Below, in pieces: positions 43,610 to 55,347 of a stretch of DNA of 64,000 nt (position 1 is its first letter; each line of letters starts with the position of its first letter). Source of the stretch: Eukaryota sp. TZLM1-RC (Eukaryota; Protista; Metamonada: BaSk clade); assembly GCA_040285825.1 (NCBI GenBank), contig JAUPSS010000004.1, positions 6,539,784 to 6,603,783 on the forward strand, written 5' to 3'. A model generated the notes under the pieces. That model was not told where the DNA came from and made no database searches. It saw only the letters and a list, made by a program, of their open reading frames with translations. Position numbers and translations under genes: made by a program.

Positions 43610-46117
43610 ATGGAGCCACTTAGTATACCCCATGCTCCCCCTCAAACTGTTGTAGTCATGGGTGCTCCCCAAACAGGCAAAACCACCCTTATCCGTTCTT
43701 TAGTTAAATCTTGGACTCAGCGATCTCTAGAGCGGGTCGATGGACCCATAACCATTGTTCTTGGTCAAAAGCGCAGATTAACTCTCTTTGAATGTCCTAA
43801 TGAACTTGGAGCCATGATTGATCTAGCTAAGGTTACCGATATTGCAGTCCTTGTTGTTGACTGTAAGGTAGGCTTTGAAATGGAACACATGGAGTATCTA
43901 AATTTACTACAAAACCACGGTTTTTGCCATGTTACCTGCGTCCTAACCAACTGTGAATCTTACAAGAACCAGAAATCACTACGCAAGAGAGTAAAGGAAC
44001 TAAAAAAACGATTCTGGACAGAAGTTGTTGATGGTGCCAAGGTCTTTGCCCTCTCTAAATTGGTCCATAATTCCTACCCCAAAAAAGAAGTTTTACTCCT
44101 AGCAAGACATATTTCTGGACAGAAAACTAAGCCTACTCAGTGGAGGTCATCTCATCCTTTTGTATTTGTTGATCGCTGGGATGACGTAACGCCTTCCAAT
44201 CAATTAATTAATCAAGAATCTGATGGGAGACAGGTTGCCGCTTTTGGTTGGATCAGGGGAGGTAATTTCTTGCCAGGCTCCTTCGCGGTACTTCATTCTC
44301 CTGGGTTGGGTGATTTTCAAGTCAAAGAAGTTGATTTGATTGATGACCCTATACCTCCCCCATCAAAGTCACGTTACCTTCCCGATCGGGATAGAGTAGT
44401 TTATGCCCCGAGAGGTGACGTAGGAAGTGGAATCATGGTAGAAAAGGATAGTATTTATATAAAAGTTCCTGATATTGTTGCCAAGGGAAGTCAGGGGTCA
44501 AAAAAGGAAACTGATGATGTGATTGAGGGTCGGGAACTGATTAGATCACTAAAGGAAGGTGTTGTTCATGACTCTGAGAATGAGTTTAGTAACAGTGAAT
44601 TGAGTGAAGAAGAAGAACCAGAAGAAAAACCAGAAGAGGAAGAGGAATGTATTGAAGAAGATGAGAAGGTCAATCATTCCTTGATTGAAACTTCCGATTC
44701 AGAAGCTGAAATTCAACCAAATGATGAAGAATCTGAGTTTTCAGAGGTTGACCTCGATCAAATTGATGATGACACCAGTCAACAATCAGCAGCAGAATCG
44801 GAAAGTGACAGTGAAACTGATCGTGAAGAAAAGGAAGCCGATCAATCAGATGGCGAGGGGGTTAAAAACGAAGAAGAACCTGTCGACAATGTTTTAATCA
44901 AAAAAACCAACACTGAAAACGATCCTGTCGATATTGTCAATTCTGGTGGTCATCTAATAGGCTCATACGTTCGAATTGTCCTTTCCAACGTTCCCTCTAC
45001 TTTCCTTGATCTTGAACCCTCTGTTCCAATCATTCTTGGGGTGGTTCCTATAATGGAGAGGGACAGTGACCTAGGCCCCGTGTGGACCAAAGTGAGGAAG
45101 CATCGGTGGTATAATCGGCTGTTAAAGTCCAACGATCCTATAGTTATTTCGATTGGGTGGCGGAGATTCCAAACGAGAGCTGTCTTTTCCCGAGCTGATC
45201 TTGGGGAAGGCTTTGAAAGACATCGTTACTTGAAGTATTCCCCTGAACATGACTTTTGCAACATGATGTTCACCTCCCCTTGCTTCCCCCCAAACACTCC
45301 CTTTGTTGGGTTTATCTCTGACAAGCTGGTCAAGGGTTTTAGGATTTCGGCCACTGGTGTCTTGCTTGAAAACAGACCTGTTCATAGTGTGGTTAAGAAA
45401 CTGAAGGTCGTCGGTGAGCCTAAAAAGATTATGAAAAACACTGCTTTTATTAGTGGAATGTTCTCTTCTCAATTAGAAGCCTCGAAATTCGAAGGGGCCA
45501 TGATCAGAACTGTTTCTGGAGTCAGAGGTCAAATCAAAAAAGCCGCAAGACAACCTCCTGGTTTGGTTCGAGTTTCGTTCGAGGACAAGATTCTCATGTC
45601 TGATATCGTTTTCCTCAAGACTTGGGTCCCTGTTTCTTTGCCTTTCTTTTATCATCCAATGATAAGAACTTCTTTGTTTAGGTTGATGAAGACGGTCGGA
45701 CAGTTGAGAGCAGAACGAAACAAACATGCTCCCGTTGAAAAAGATTCTCTTTATTTGCCTATAGAACGGCAGGAGCGACATTTCAACCCACTTTTTGTTC
45801 CGCCTTCTTTACAAGCAAAGTTACCATTTGCTTCAAAACCAAAGCTCCAGCAAAAGCGTCACAGGAAAACTGTTGAACAAAGAAGACCTGTTTTTGCTGA
45901 TCAAGAAGAAGTTGAACGAAAGAAGCTGGTCATGAAGTTACAGACATCGGCTAATGAAAAACAAAGGAAATATGAATTAAATAAAGAGCAAAATCTAAAA
46001 AAGAAGCAGAAAATAATGGCGAGGGAGGAAGAAGAAAGAGCCAAAGTAACAAGAAAAAGAAAAGCTGAGGTTATGGCTGCCAAGAGTAGGAAAATGGGAA
46101 GAGTTGAGGAGGATTAG
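43610..46117 (+). CDS. BMS1: BMS1 ribosome-biogenesis GTPase
   Basis: GAPQTGKTTLIRSLVK, RRLTLFECPN, GFEMEHMEYL, KHRWY..LLKSNDP, SIGWRRFQT, FEGAMIRTVSGVRGQIKK, FEDKILMSD. Confidence 0.95.
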   Translation: MEPLSIPHAPPQTVVVMGAPQTGKTTLIRSLVKSWTQRSLERVDGPITIVLGQKRRLTLFECPNELGAMIDLAKVTDIAVLVVDCKVGFEMEHMEYLNLLQNHGFCHVTCVLTNCESYKNQKSLRKRVKELKKRFWTEVVDGAKVFALSKLVHNSYPKKEVLLLARHISGQKTKPTQWRSSHPFVFVDRWDDVTPSNQLINQESDGRQVAAFGWIRGGNFLPGSFAVLHSPGLGDFQVKEVDLIDDPIPPPSKSRYLPDRDRVVYAPRGDVGSGIMVEKDSIYIKVPDIVAKGSQGSKKETDDVIEGRELIRSLKEGVVHDSENEFSNSELSEEEEPEEKPEEEEECIEEDEKVNHSLIETSDSEAEIQPNDEESEFSEVDLDQIDDDTSQQSAAESESDSETDREEKEADQSDGEGVKNEEEPVDNVLIKKTNTENDPVDIVNSGGHLIGSYVRIVLSNVPSTFLDLEPSVPIILGVVPIMERDSDLGPVWTKVRKHRWYNRLLKSNDPIVISIGWRRFQTRAVFSRADLGEGFERHRYLKYSPEHDFCNMMFTSPCFPPNTPFVGFISDKLVKGFRISATGVLLENRPVHSVVKKLKVVGEPKKIMKNTAFISGMFSSQLEASKFEGAMIRTVSGVRGQIKKAARQPPGLVRVSFEDKILMSDIVFLKTWVPVSLPFFYHPMIRTSLFRLMKTVGQLRAERNKHAPVEKDSLYLPIERQERHFNPLFVPPSLQAKLPFASKPKLQQKRHRKTVEQRRPVFADQEEVERKKLVMKLQTSANEKQRKYELNKEQNLKKKQKIMAREEEERAKVTRKRKAEVMAAKSRKMGRVEED

Positions 46118-46539
46118 TTTGGTTTTAGTTTGATACATAGTTTTTAATTTCATTTTTCTTCTTTTTTAGCCTTAATAGCATCAACAATCTTTGACAAAAG
46201 CAAATGAAATGAAAGACAATTAATTGCAACGCGTTCAATAGTGTGATTGTAGGTAAAAGATCATGATCACCATTCATCTTTTCTGAAAGTGGTTAATAGA
46301 TTTGTTATAGTTAATAATACTGGGATATTAACTTAACACTATTATAAATGTTTACGTTTCAAAACTCCAAATAAAACAGCAGCCAAACTATATGCTCATT
46401 AAGAACGTTAATCAAGAAATTCTAATTTAGGTATTTTCCTTGTCTTTGCGTTCAAAGTGGAGTTCCTTCAATGTTTTGCTCAACAATGATGACAATCCAC
46501 TTGAACTTACAAGCGTCATATCTCTTTCAATATAATGTT

Positions 46540-47690
46540 AGTTACAGTTTTGTTGTAAAAAAAACATCGGCAACAACTGTCAAACATTTTTTAACAGCAT
46601 GGATTTTGATTTTAGACTTGGCTTGGCCAAGCAAAAGAATCCCGCTTTTGCAAATCTTTTACAAGATATGTGTGATAGTACTTCTTTTGCCTAAGTAACA
46701 ACAATTCCTCAAGTTTATGGCACTCTCTTAACTGATCCTGCTTGGACCTTGAATGTGAAACTTCGTTTCCATATCTGGCCTGATAATTTGCCTCACAATT
46801 TAATTTGAAAATGTAGTCGAAAAATTACAATTACTCATTTGTTAAATTGTAAACATTTTATAACATTTAGAAGCAAGGTTCATGATGCTGTAAGAGACCA
46901 ATTATATTGTATGTGTAAGTCTCATAGAATTGAATCCTTTTTGGAACCTCTGTTGTCAAATATATTTGATGCTGATTTCCAATTGATGCTGAAGATGATT
47001 TCGATAAGAATAATAGAAGTGATTTCTTATTAGCTGGATTAGCTGGAACCTTCATTTCAGTGGATGTAATGTGTTTTGACCCTGGCAATGTCTCAAATGA
47101 AGGTTAGCTAATTCTGAAGTTCATAATCAGCTCCGAAATGCTTTAAATTTCCAAAGCGAAAGATATAGCAATCCTTTGTCCAAATTGTTCACCCAATAGC
47201 TGCAAAATATAATTTGTAACCATTTGTATTTTCTCTTTTTGGTTCACTTGCTTTCACGGCTATAAGTGGTTTCGCAGATTGTGAAATGATAGTAAAGAAA
47301 AGGAACAATTGAAAGTTTAGATTGTTTTGGCAAATTAGAATTGTGTTTTCAATTTTTGAAGGGATGTTGAAGATGGTTTCTGTTGTTTTGTCTTCTCTTG
47401 GGTCTCACTATGAGAAAGTTGCATCTAATTGTTTTGTTTTGGGAGAGATGAATAATTTAATTTAAAAAAATTGCTGACCACAACCAAAAGTTTTGGGCAA
47501 TGTATAGAAATACTGATTACTCATCTCTCAAACTCAACTCAATAATTACACGTCCAAGCATTAAATTTAAACTATTGCAAACCCAGAAGGTGAATGATCA
47601 ATAGTTTATCAAACTCAAATAAGGAAATTTCGAATGAAACTCAGAGATAAACTGCTTCATCGTCATGGTTCCCCTGAAAATACAAATAAT
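46540..47690 (+). pseudogene. Possible third Fanzor-like relic, split by the N4 insertion
   Basis: KKTSATTVKHFLTAW (before 46600) can be joined to KKIADHNQKFWAMYRNTDYSSLKLNSII and ...HGSPENT (after 47465). This resembles the helical segment preceding the GDW motif of Fanzors. No catalytic motif is visible. Confidence 0.3.
46600..47465 (+). mobile_element. 5'-truncated, degenerate RLE non-LTR retrotransposon, subfamily N4
   Basis: LNCKHFITFRSKVHDAVRDQLYCMCKSHRIESFLEPLL; collinear with N1. Confidence 0.85.
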
Positions 47691-47929
47691 ATAAATTTTC
47701 ATTATGATAATAGACAGCTTCTAGAAGATATAAAGGCAAGAAAAGCTAGTTATTTTGAATATTATTATTAAAAATTATTATTATTATTTAGTTATTTTAA
47801 ATATTATCTTTAAAAATGTTTCTAAGTCAACTTCTAAATGAACCAACTCTCTGAAAACAGAACAATTAAATGCAACTCTTTTGACTGTTTAAATTAGCTA
47901 TTTATTCTAAAACATGCAGTTCAAAGATA

Positions 47930-49390
47930 AAATATTTATTGAACTTGCACAAAATAACAAAATAACTCATAACTAATGGGACAAACATCTTTGAACCAAG
48001 ATCTCCTCTACAAAATCTTGATCTGCTTGCTGTCTAGCTAAAGCTTCTCTCATGCGATTGAAAAACCGAGGCAATTTATAAATAATGCCAAATTGAACCC
48101 GAGAGCGCCATAAAAAAATATCACAACTTTTCATTGTTTTTCTTGAACCATTCTTTGGAAGTCATTCAAAAAAGTTTCTGCTTCTACTGAGAGTCTTCCG
48201 TTTATCGAAAAGGGGAAGGCAATAGAAACTAGTGGTGTATTTCTACCAGCATTAGTTTCTTCGATATCTTTGTCATATTTTCTATGTTTTTCTTTAGCTT
48301 TAAATTCAAGAGCACCTACAGGATTAAGTTTTCTTCTGTGAACCAAAGTGACATTTGCAACAATACATGAGACAAAGTCAACTACATTTTTAGAGTTATC
48401 AATCCAATCACAATGTACATCACCTGTATCATCAGAACCAAAATTATTCAATGACAGTGTTTCCTTCAGCAGAGGCTCTTTGATACACGAAATTCTTGCA
48501 GTTTGTGCCGTATTGAAAACAGTGTCTCTAACAACATCATGTTATGAAGAACGATAAGTTATCAATTTCGAGCAATTCATAGCATGACGCAAAGTGAGCT
48601 GAGGTGAATTCGAATAAATACATTTTTCTTTTGATAATAATTCATTGATGGACATATTCAAATATAATCTCATTTTTGTAACAAATGCTTCATTAGTGGC
48701 ACACAATCCAAATCTTCGTGGTACAATGGTTACAAAAAGTGAAGAATCTGATGACTTATGTTCACGAACACCTTTTTCCGATAACAATGAGTGAAGATCT
48801 TGATTCAAAACAGCCAAGATGCATATTGTTTTAAAAAGATCATTTTCATACATTCCAGTCAATCGTTTCTGTAATGTTTGAAGATTGTATTTTAAAGTTA
48901 GCTAATTTTTTCCGAAATATCTCCATTGAATGATTGAAGAAAGCATCGACTCAAGTTTTCTAAATCGATTTTTGAAAATTTATTCATTTAATGCACAAAT
49001 AGTTGAACTTTGTGTTGTCATTAATAAATCTTCCCAATCTGGAAATCTTTCAGAAAACTCAAAAATTGCACTTTTGCATCCACCGATAAAAGCACACGAA
49101 ATAAGAATAGAAGCCTTTATCCAACCTAACCCGCCATAATGTGGACTAGGACATTCTAGGACTTGTACATGATTTGGATTTTGGAACATTTTACATCCTA
49201 GTAATTGTGACAAGACTTTAGCACGTAATTCATTGAAGTTCTGGGCCAACGCCCTTGTGATACAATGATTTGTAGATCGAACTATACGATTAAAGTTGGA
49301 ATTGAAACAAAGTCTTATAATGGTAAATTTGATATGTTGATGTATAGTCAATTTCATTATTTGGTTAATTTTCTCCAAAGTGTTTCAATA
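47930..49390 (-). mobile_element. RLE non-LTR retrotransposon N2, degenerate 5'-truncated copy
   Basis: Thumb/GGLG (PHYGGLG), Zn knuckle and RLE remnants in ORFs 48980-49378, 48542-48862 and 48131-48451. Confidence 0.85.
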
Positions 49391-50258
49391 ATTACTGAAC
49401 ATGCACACTTAATTAAATTAATTCAAAACTAAGGGGACGAATATCATTGAACCAAGATTTTCTCTACAAAATGTTCATCTGCTTGCTGTCTAGTTACACC
49501 TTCTCTTATTCGATTGAAAAATCGAGGTAATTCATAAATAATGGCAAATTGAATCCGAGGATGCCATAAAAAATGTCAAATCTTTTCATTGTTTTTTCTT
49601 GAACCATTTTTTGGAAGTCAGTCATAAAAAATTTCTGCTTCATCTGATAATCTTCCATTTATCGAAAATGAGAAAGCAATAAAAATTAGCTGTGTATTTC
49701 TATCAGCATTAGCTTCTTCGATGTCTTTTTCATATTTTCTATGTTTTTTCCTTTGCTTTAAAATCAAGAGCATTTACAGAATTAAGTTTTCTTCTGTGAA
49801 CCAAAGTATAATTTGCAACATTACATGAAACAAAGTCAACAGTAGCTTGAGAGTTATCAATCCAGTCACAGTATATATCAACTCTATGATCAGAACCAAA
49901 ATTATTCAGAGACATTGTTTCCTTCAGTAGAGGCTCTTTGATACACGAAATTCTTGCAGTTTGTGCCATATTGAAAACAGTGTCTCTAACAAATTCATGT
50001 AATGAAAAACGATAAGTTATCAATTTAGAACAATTTAGAGCATGGCGCAAAGTGAGTTGAGGTGAATTCGAACAAATGATGCCGTTAGGCAGATGAACAC
50101 ACGAAGGGGAGAGAGAGAAATCTGCGTTTATTAATAAAACTGATTCATAAATGAGTATCACGTCATCAGTCGAAATACAAAGAAACCTACTAATTCAATT
50201 TGAGTTCAACAACAACACTACTTTTTCCCACTTTTCTGAGGACAAATACAGTACTGGC

Positions 50259-51015
50259 TCAATAGAGGGAAGATATGGGGTTTGTTAAACTCTGTGGTGC
50301 ATCGTTTGTGTGACACACATAATTTACCTCATGTTTGATTTTAGTTGGACAATCGCGGGAGATGTGTCCAGGCTTGTGGCACTTGAAGCACGATTGATTT
50401 CTTTCAATCCTGAGAGCGCCAAGAGGACCTCGTTTTAGTGCCAGCCGTACGTTCCACATCATTCACTGAGGTTTTGAAACCACGAGTCCATGAAGCAACC
50501 CTAGAGCAGTCCAACAGCTCATCAGTAGTGGTTTCGACAAGAGAGTGAAGATCTGGGAATACATCATCTCGAATTCTCGCTAGTAGAGAACGTTGAATAC
50601 CTACGGGATGAATTCCTCTGGCAAATCGATTCAGAAAAGCTGTGTCAGGTAACTTCAGTCCGGAAGCCCTACTCTTTACCTGGAGGAAACGTCGCAGGTA
50701 ACAGGACATACGTTCTCGGACGTCATCAATACGGACATCAAGCTTCAGTTCTGACATAGCCAGACTAAAATCTTCGTACGTGGCGAACGATACGACAGAT
50801 TGTAGATGTCTAAGAAGAACATCGTCACTGGAAGAGAGGTCGGATTTCTGGAGAGATAGGGACTCTAACAGAAAAGACTCGACCAAGAGTCTTGCTGGAA
50901 CAAGCTCTTTCTTAGAAGTTACAGAAGAATAGATCTTCCACTCTTGTAGGAACAAGAGAACACTTTCAACTTTCATGGAAGAAAGAGACGGGAGGTTGAC
51001 AGAAGGAACAGTCAT
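50259..51015 (-). CDS. gag: Gag-like protein, second tandem copy
   Basis: Nearly identical to 51224-51980 (GIQR vs GLQR), with the same frame arrangement. Confidence 0.75.
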
Positions 51016-51223
51016 CTGAAATAAGAAGGGCCAATAATTATTGATGCCGTTAGGCAGATGAACACACGAAGGGGAGAGAGAGAAATCTGCGTTTATTAAT
51101 AAAACTGATTCATAAATGAGTATCACGTCATCAGTCGAAATACAAAGAAACCTACTAATTCAATTTGAGTTCAACAACAACACTACTTTTTCCCACTTTT
51201 CTGAGGACAAATACAGTACTGGC

Positions 51224-51980
51224 TCAATAGAGGGAAGATATGGGGTTTGTTAAACTCTGTGGTGCATCGTTTGTGTGACACACATAATTTACCTCATGTT
51301 TGATTTTAGTTGGACAATCGCGGGAGATGTGTCCAGGCTTGTGGCACTTGAAGCACGATTGATTTCTTTCAATCCTGAGAGCGCCAAGAGGACCTCGTTT
51401 TAGTGCCAGCCGTACGTTCCACATCATTCACTGAGGTTTTGAAACCACGAGTCCATGAAGCAACCCTAGAGCAGTCCAACAGCTCATCAGTAGTGGTTTC
51501 GACAAGAGAGTGAAGATCTGGGAATACATCATCTCGAATTCTCGCTAGTAGAGAACGTTGAAGACCTACGGGATGAATTCCTCTGGCAAATCGATTCAGA
51601 AAAGCTGTGTCAGGTAACTTCAGTCCGGAAGCCCTACTCTTTACCTGGAGGAAACGTCGCAGGTAACAGGACATACGTTCTCGGACGTCATCAATACGGA
51701 CATCAAGCTTCAGTTCTGACATAGCCAGACTAAAATCTTCGTACGTGGCGAACGATACGACAGATTGTAGATGTCTAAGAAGAACATCGTCACTGGAAGA
51801 GAGGTCGGATTTCTGGAGAGATAGGGACTCTAACAGAAAAGACTCGACCAAGAGTCTTGCTGGAACAAGCTCTTTCTTAGAAGTTACAGAAGAATAGATC
51901 TTCCACTCTTGTAGGAACAAGAGAACACTTTCAACTTTCATGGAAGAAAGAGACGGGAGGTTGACAGAAGGAACAGTCAT
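51224..51980 (-). CDS. gag: Gag-like protein; CCHC zinc knuckle in a shifted frame
   Basis: 203-aa ORF 51980-51369 overlapping a second frame with CFKCHKPGHISRDC. Confidence 0.75.
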
Positions 51981-53189
51981 CTGAAATAAGAAGGGCCAAT
52001 AATTATTGATGCCGTTAGGCAGATGAACACACGAAGGGGAGAGAGAAATCTGCGTTTATTAATAAAACTGATTCATAAATGAGTATCACGTCATCAGTCG
52101 AAATACAAAGAAACCTACTAATTCAATTTGAGTTCAACAACAACACAAATACATTTTTCTTTTGATAATAACTGATTAATGGGGATACTCAAATATAATC
52201 TGATTTTTGTTACAAATGCTTCATTAGTGGCACACAGTCCAAATCTTCGTGGTACAATAGTCACAAACTGTGAAGGGAATGATGACTGATTTTCACAAAC
52301 ACCTTTTTCCAATAGCAATGAGTGAAGATCTTGATTTAAAACAGCCAAGCTGCATATATTATTATAAAGATCATTTTCATACATTCAGGTCAATCGTTTC
52401 TGTAATGTTCCAAGAGTGTATTTTAAATTTAGAAGAGTCTTTTCTGGATTATTGGCATTGAATAATTGGGGAAAGCATCGACTCCATTTTTCTACATAAA
52501 TTTTTGAAATTTCTTCATTTAATGAAAAAACAGTGGAACTTTGCGTTGTCATCAATAGATCTCCCCAATCTGCAAATCTTTCGGAAAACTCAAAGTGACG
52601 AATAACATTAGTTGAATATAACATGGCTTGAACTTCAATACCATCAACTATAGTTGAAACTGGAGAGTTGGAAAGGAAAACACATTTAAGTAAGTCAACT
52701 CGAATGCCTATATTGTTGAATAATTCTTTAAAACATACAGTTGCTTTTCTGACAATCTTTAAGTCACCTATAAGAAGAACGTCTTCCATGAAGGCAATCA
52801 TTTTTAGCGAAGGAAACATCTCTTGAATTTGTAATAAAATAGGATGAATGGCCAAACAGAACAAAAGAGGTCCTAAGGGATCTTCTTGCTTAACACTACT
52901 GGATGAATTCAAAATAGAGTCAGCAAAATGGAAATCAGAATTTGTGCAATATGTTGATTGAAAATAAGGCATTAATTCAGGCAAATAATTCAACAGAGCA
53001 CCATGAATACTGCATCGATGAATTGAATTGAAGGCATCGCTAGAATCCAACAACATGTAAAAAGAAGCACAACAATAGCTTGAAAATTGAATGAAAATTT
53101 GAGAGTTCAATTGAGACACCAATCTCAATCTCTTATTGAAAGAGTAGATGGAGTTCCAAAAGCAGCAAAATCTCGTATTTAGCACAAAT

Positions 53190-53530
53190 GTTCTTACGGA
53201 AATGTTTTTTAGTTAAGCGAAAGCTTGTAAAGATTACCATACGTCTGTTTATGTTTAATCACCATGTTTTGGTTCCATTTGGTAAGCACATGAATCTTTG
53301 GTAGGTGTGGTGTGATATACATAATACATCACACTGCGATGTGATACTGTGAGTGATAGTTCTGGTATCACAGGTGTCGCAAGGAAGTTAACACAATAAT
53401 TGTGATATTCAACTATGGTTATGGGTTACAAGTTGATCATTTAACTAATAATTGGAACTTACAACAAAATTACACGTGTAGCAAAAACTACAAAACGTGT
53501 GAAAAACTCACACATTGTGGCGGTGTATCG
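53190..53530 (+). ncRNA. Unassigned highly structured segment (candidate ncRNA or orphan omegaRNA)
   Basis: AAGC-GAAA-GCTT 53215-53226; TAAAGATT/AATCTTTG; GTGTGAT/ATCACAC 53310-53334; TGCGATGTGATACT...GGTATCAC..TGTCGCA 53335-53381; TTACACGT-GTAG..CTAC-ACGTGTGA 53470-53502. G-U pairs favour the + strand. Confidence 0.45.
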
Positions 53531-54658
53531 AACAATATTTGAAAGCAAAACAAATTTTTATTTCTTCACTTATTATTTTGATTTTTTTGACTTATTTCAG
53601 TGGAAGGTCAATAATATTGAAAAATTATTTGAAAAATAGTAGTTCTGATGTTTTGATAGTCTGTGATCCACTTATTTAAACAACAACATCCACATATTTG
53701 AGATTTTTGAACAATAACAACATTGCTTGAATTTGTGATTAAATTAAATGAATAGAAGTAAAACAAAGCGGTAAAAAGGATTTTTCTTGCGCTACATTTT
53801 TTCATGAATCAAAAACAAATTCAAATGAATATAATAAGTCACTTAAACGTGTGAACAAACTTTGGTCGATATCTCAACAAGGAGCCATAAATACTTCACC
53901 AATTGCATTTGACCATTTGCTACCAATACATCTTTCTTATAGAATTGAGTTCAACTTCTTTGATTCAATCTTGTAGGACCAATATTTAATTCATCACCAG
54001 AATTTGGAGCAAGGGTTTGCTGAATATTAACAGAATAGATTAATAAAAATATTCATTATATGTTGTCTATGTACTTGTTGCAAATATTTTTGAAAACAAA
54101 GACAAATTCACCAATTCCAGACGAGTGCTCCTTAGGGATTTTAATTGAAGGATCTTCCACCTTATATCCCATCGATCGTTCAACAGGCTTTATTGTTCTT
54201 GGTTTTTTCGAAAAAAACAATTACATAAGTTTTCAAAATGAATTTGAAGACCATCTGATGTGAATTAAACCCAAATTTAAACCGAAATCTCTGCTCATAT
54301 TGAGCATTTTTACTCCTCATGGTGTAATTTATTAACTTATTACATAAAAATGGATTTTTTTCAGTATTGAGAATCAACTTTTAAACTATGAATTATTTAA
54401 GCAAATCATTGTCAGATCACAAATTTGATACAAAGTCATTGAGGAAATTACCAGTGAACTTTAGCCTATGAATGTAGGCATACAATCCACAAGAGAATAC
54501 TGCACCAGATTCCTTACCAAAAACAACAAAATTTATAAAACAACTATGAATTAATCTATATTAAATTATTCGAATCAACAATATTAAACCTAAACTATTA
54601 TATTAAATCCAAAGAAATAGGAAAATAGACTAAAAAACTAAAATCTTGAAAAAAATTC

Positions 54659-55345
54659 TTATTCATACTTTTTTGACTTGGAGAAACTCACAGACAGTCC
54701 CCTTTCCAAGTTGCCGGGGTCTCTCAAGTGTTGCAAAAACTTCTCAGCTGCCTTGATATCAGTGGTAGAATGGGAAAGTGTTGATGATAATCGCCTAGTG
54801 TTAGATGAGAAAGTAGTAGGTTTTCTACTAGATTCACGACGACTTGACGTATCCAACGTGGTTAGAGGACCAGCTGTCACAGACCTAGGAAGAGATAGAG
54901 ACGATAGTGATGATGAAGATTCGGCATTGGATTTTTTTATAGGTGGGAGTGCTTGGTTGGCTTCACTCTGAGAAGATTCAGCAGAACCATTGCTAGAGCG
55001 AAACCTAGTTTTCTGCCTAGATGGTGTTGGTGGTGGTGTGGAGACATCCTGAGAACTGACTGATATTTCAGGTAACAAAAAGGAATCAAAAGAAGCTATG
55101 GTGTTGGTATCTAAGCATGTTGTTACCCATTCTTCTGAGACGATTGGTACTTCATTACTTAATGATAGTTTAAAAAGTTTTGTGTTACGAGCTTGTTTAC
55201 TATCGGAAGAAACAACGACCTTAGGGACAGTGGGATATAAGACCACTTCAGCTCCAGCAGATTCAAGAAGAGTCTCCAATTGTTTACGGGTATGAAGGGT
55301 TGGCCTATTAATGCCAATAGTGTACTCATTAAAAAGAAGCGGCAT
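54659..55345 (-). CDS. BRCT-domain protein with Ser/Thr-rich tail
   Basis: RKQLETLLESAGAEV...KLFKLSLSNEVPIVSEEWVTTCL fits the BRCT consensus, including the conserved Trp. Confidence 0.8.
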   Translation of the reverse strand: MPLLFNEYTIGINRPTLHTRKQLETLLESAGAEVVLYPTVPKVVVSSDSKQARNTKLFKLSLSNEVPIVSEEWVTTCLDTNTIASFDSFLLPEISVSSQDVSTPPPTPSRQKTRFRSSNGSAESSQSEANQALPPIKKSNAESSSSLSSLSLPRSVTAGPLTTLDTSSRRESSRKPTTFSSNTRRLSSTLSHSTTDIKAAEKFLQHLRDPGNLERGLSVSFSKSKKYE

Positions 55346-55347
55346 CG

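Larger units (their letters stand above)
50077..52145 (-). mobile_element. Tandem non-autonomous gag-only mini LTR retrotransposon (LTR-gag-LTR-gag-LTR)
   Basis: Three TG...CA LTRs at 50077-50217, 51042-51182 and 52007-52145 with 965-bp period. 4-bp TSD CAAA at 50073-50076 and 52146-52149. Polypurine tract AGAAAAGTGGGAAAAAGTAG before the 3' LTRs. No pol. Confidence 0.92.
49391..53060 (-). mobile_element. RLE non-LTR retrotransposon N2 copy interrupted by the LTR element
   Basis: RT remnants LDSSDAFNSIHR, KQEDPLGPLLF and AFMED. The sequence GAATTCGAACAAA|TACATTTTTC, intact at 28530-28550, is split at 50076/52150. Confidence 0.85.

Noticed and set aside
6077-46083. Many short ORFs overlapping or antisense to TRA1, UGP, ABCA, Sel1 and BMS1
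   Set aside because: Shadow frames with no motifs.
49739-51126. ORFs starting MILIYESVLL (49739-50161, 50404-51126)
   Set aside because: Chimeric read-through from LTR sequence into N2 or gag; not independent genes.
50077-52145. Three direct repeats with spacers, considered as a CRISPR-like array
   Set aside because: Repeats are about 140-bp TG..CA LTRs and the spacers are near-identical gag regions.
53600-54520. Possible hAT transposase relic on the minus strand (IHRL.., IRWSS)
   Set aside because: Only two short motif resemblances amid many stops; not enough to call.
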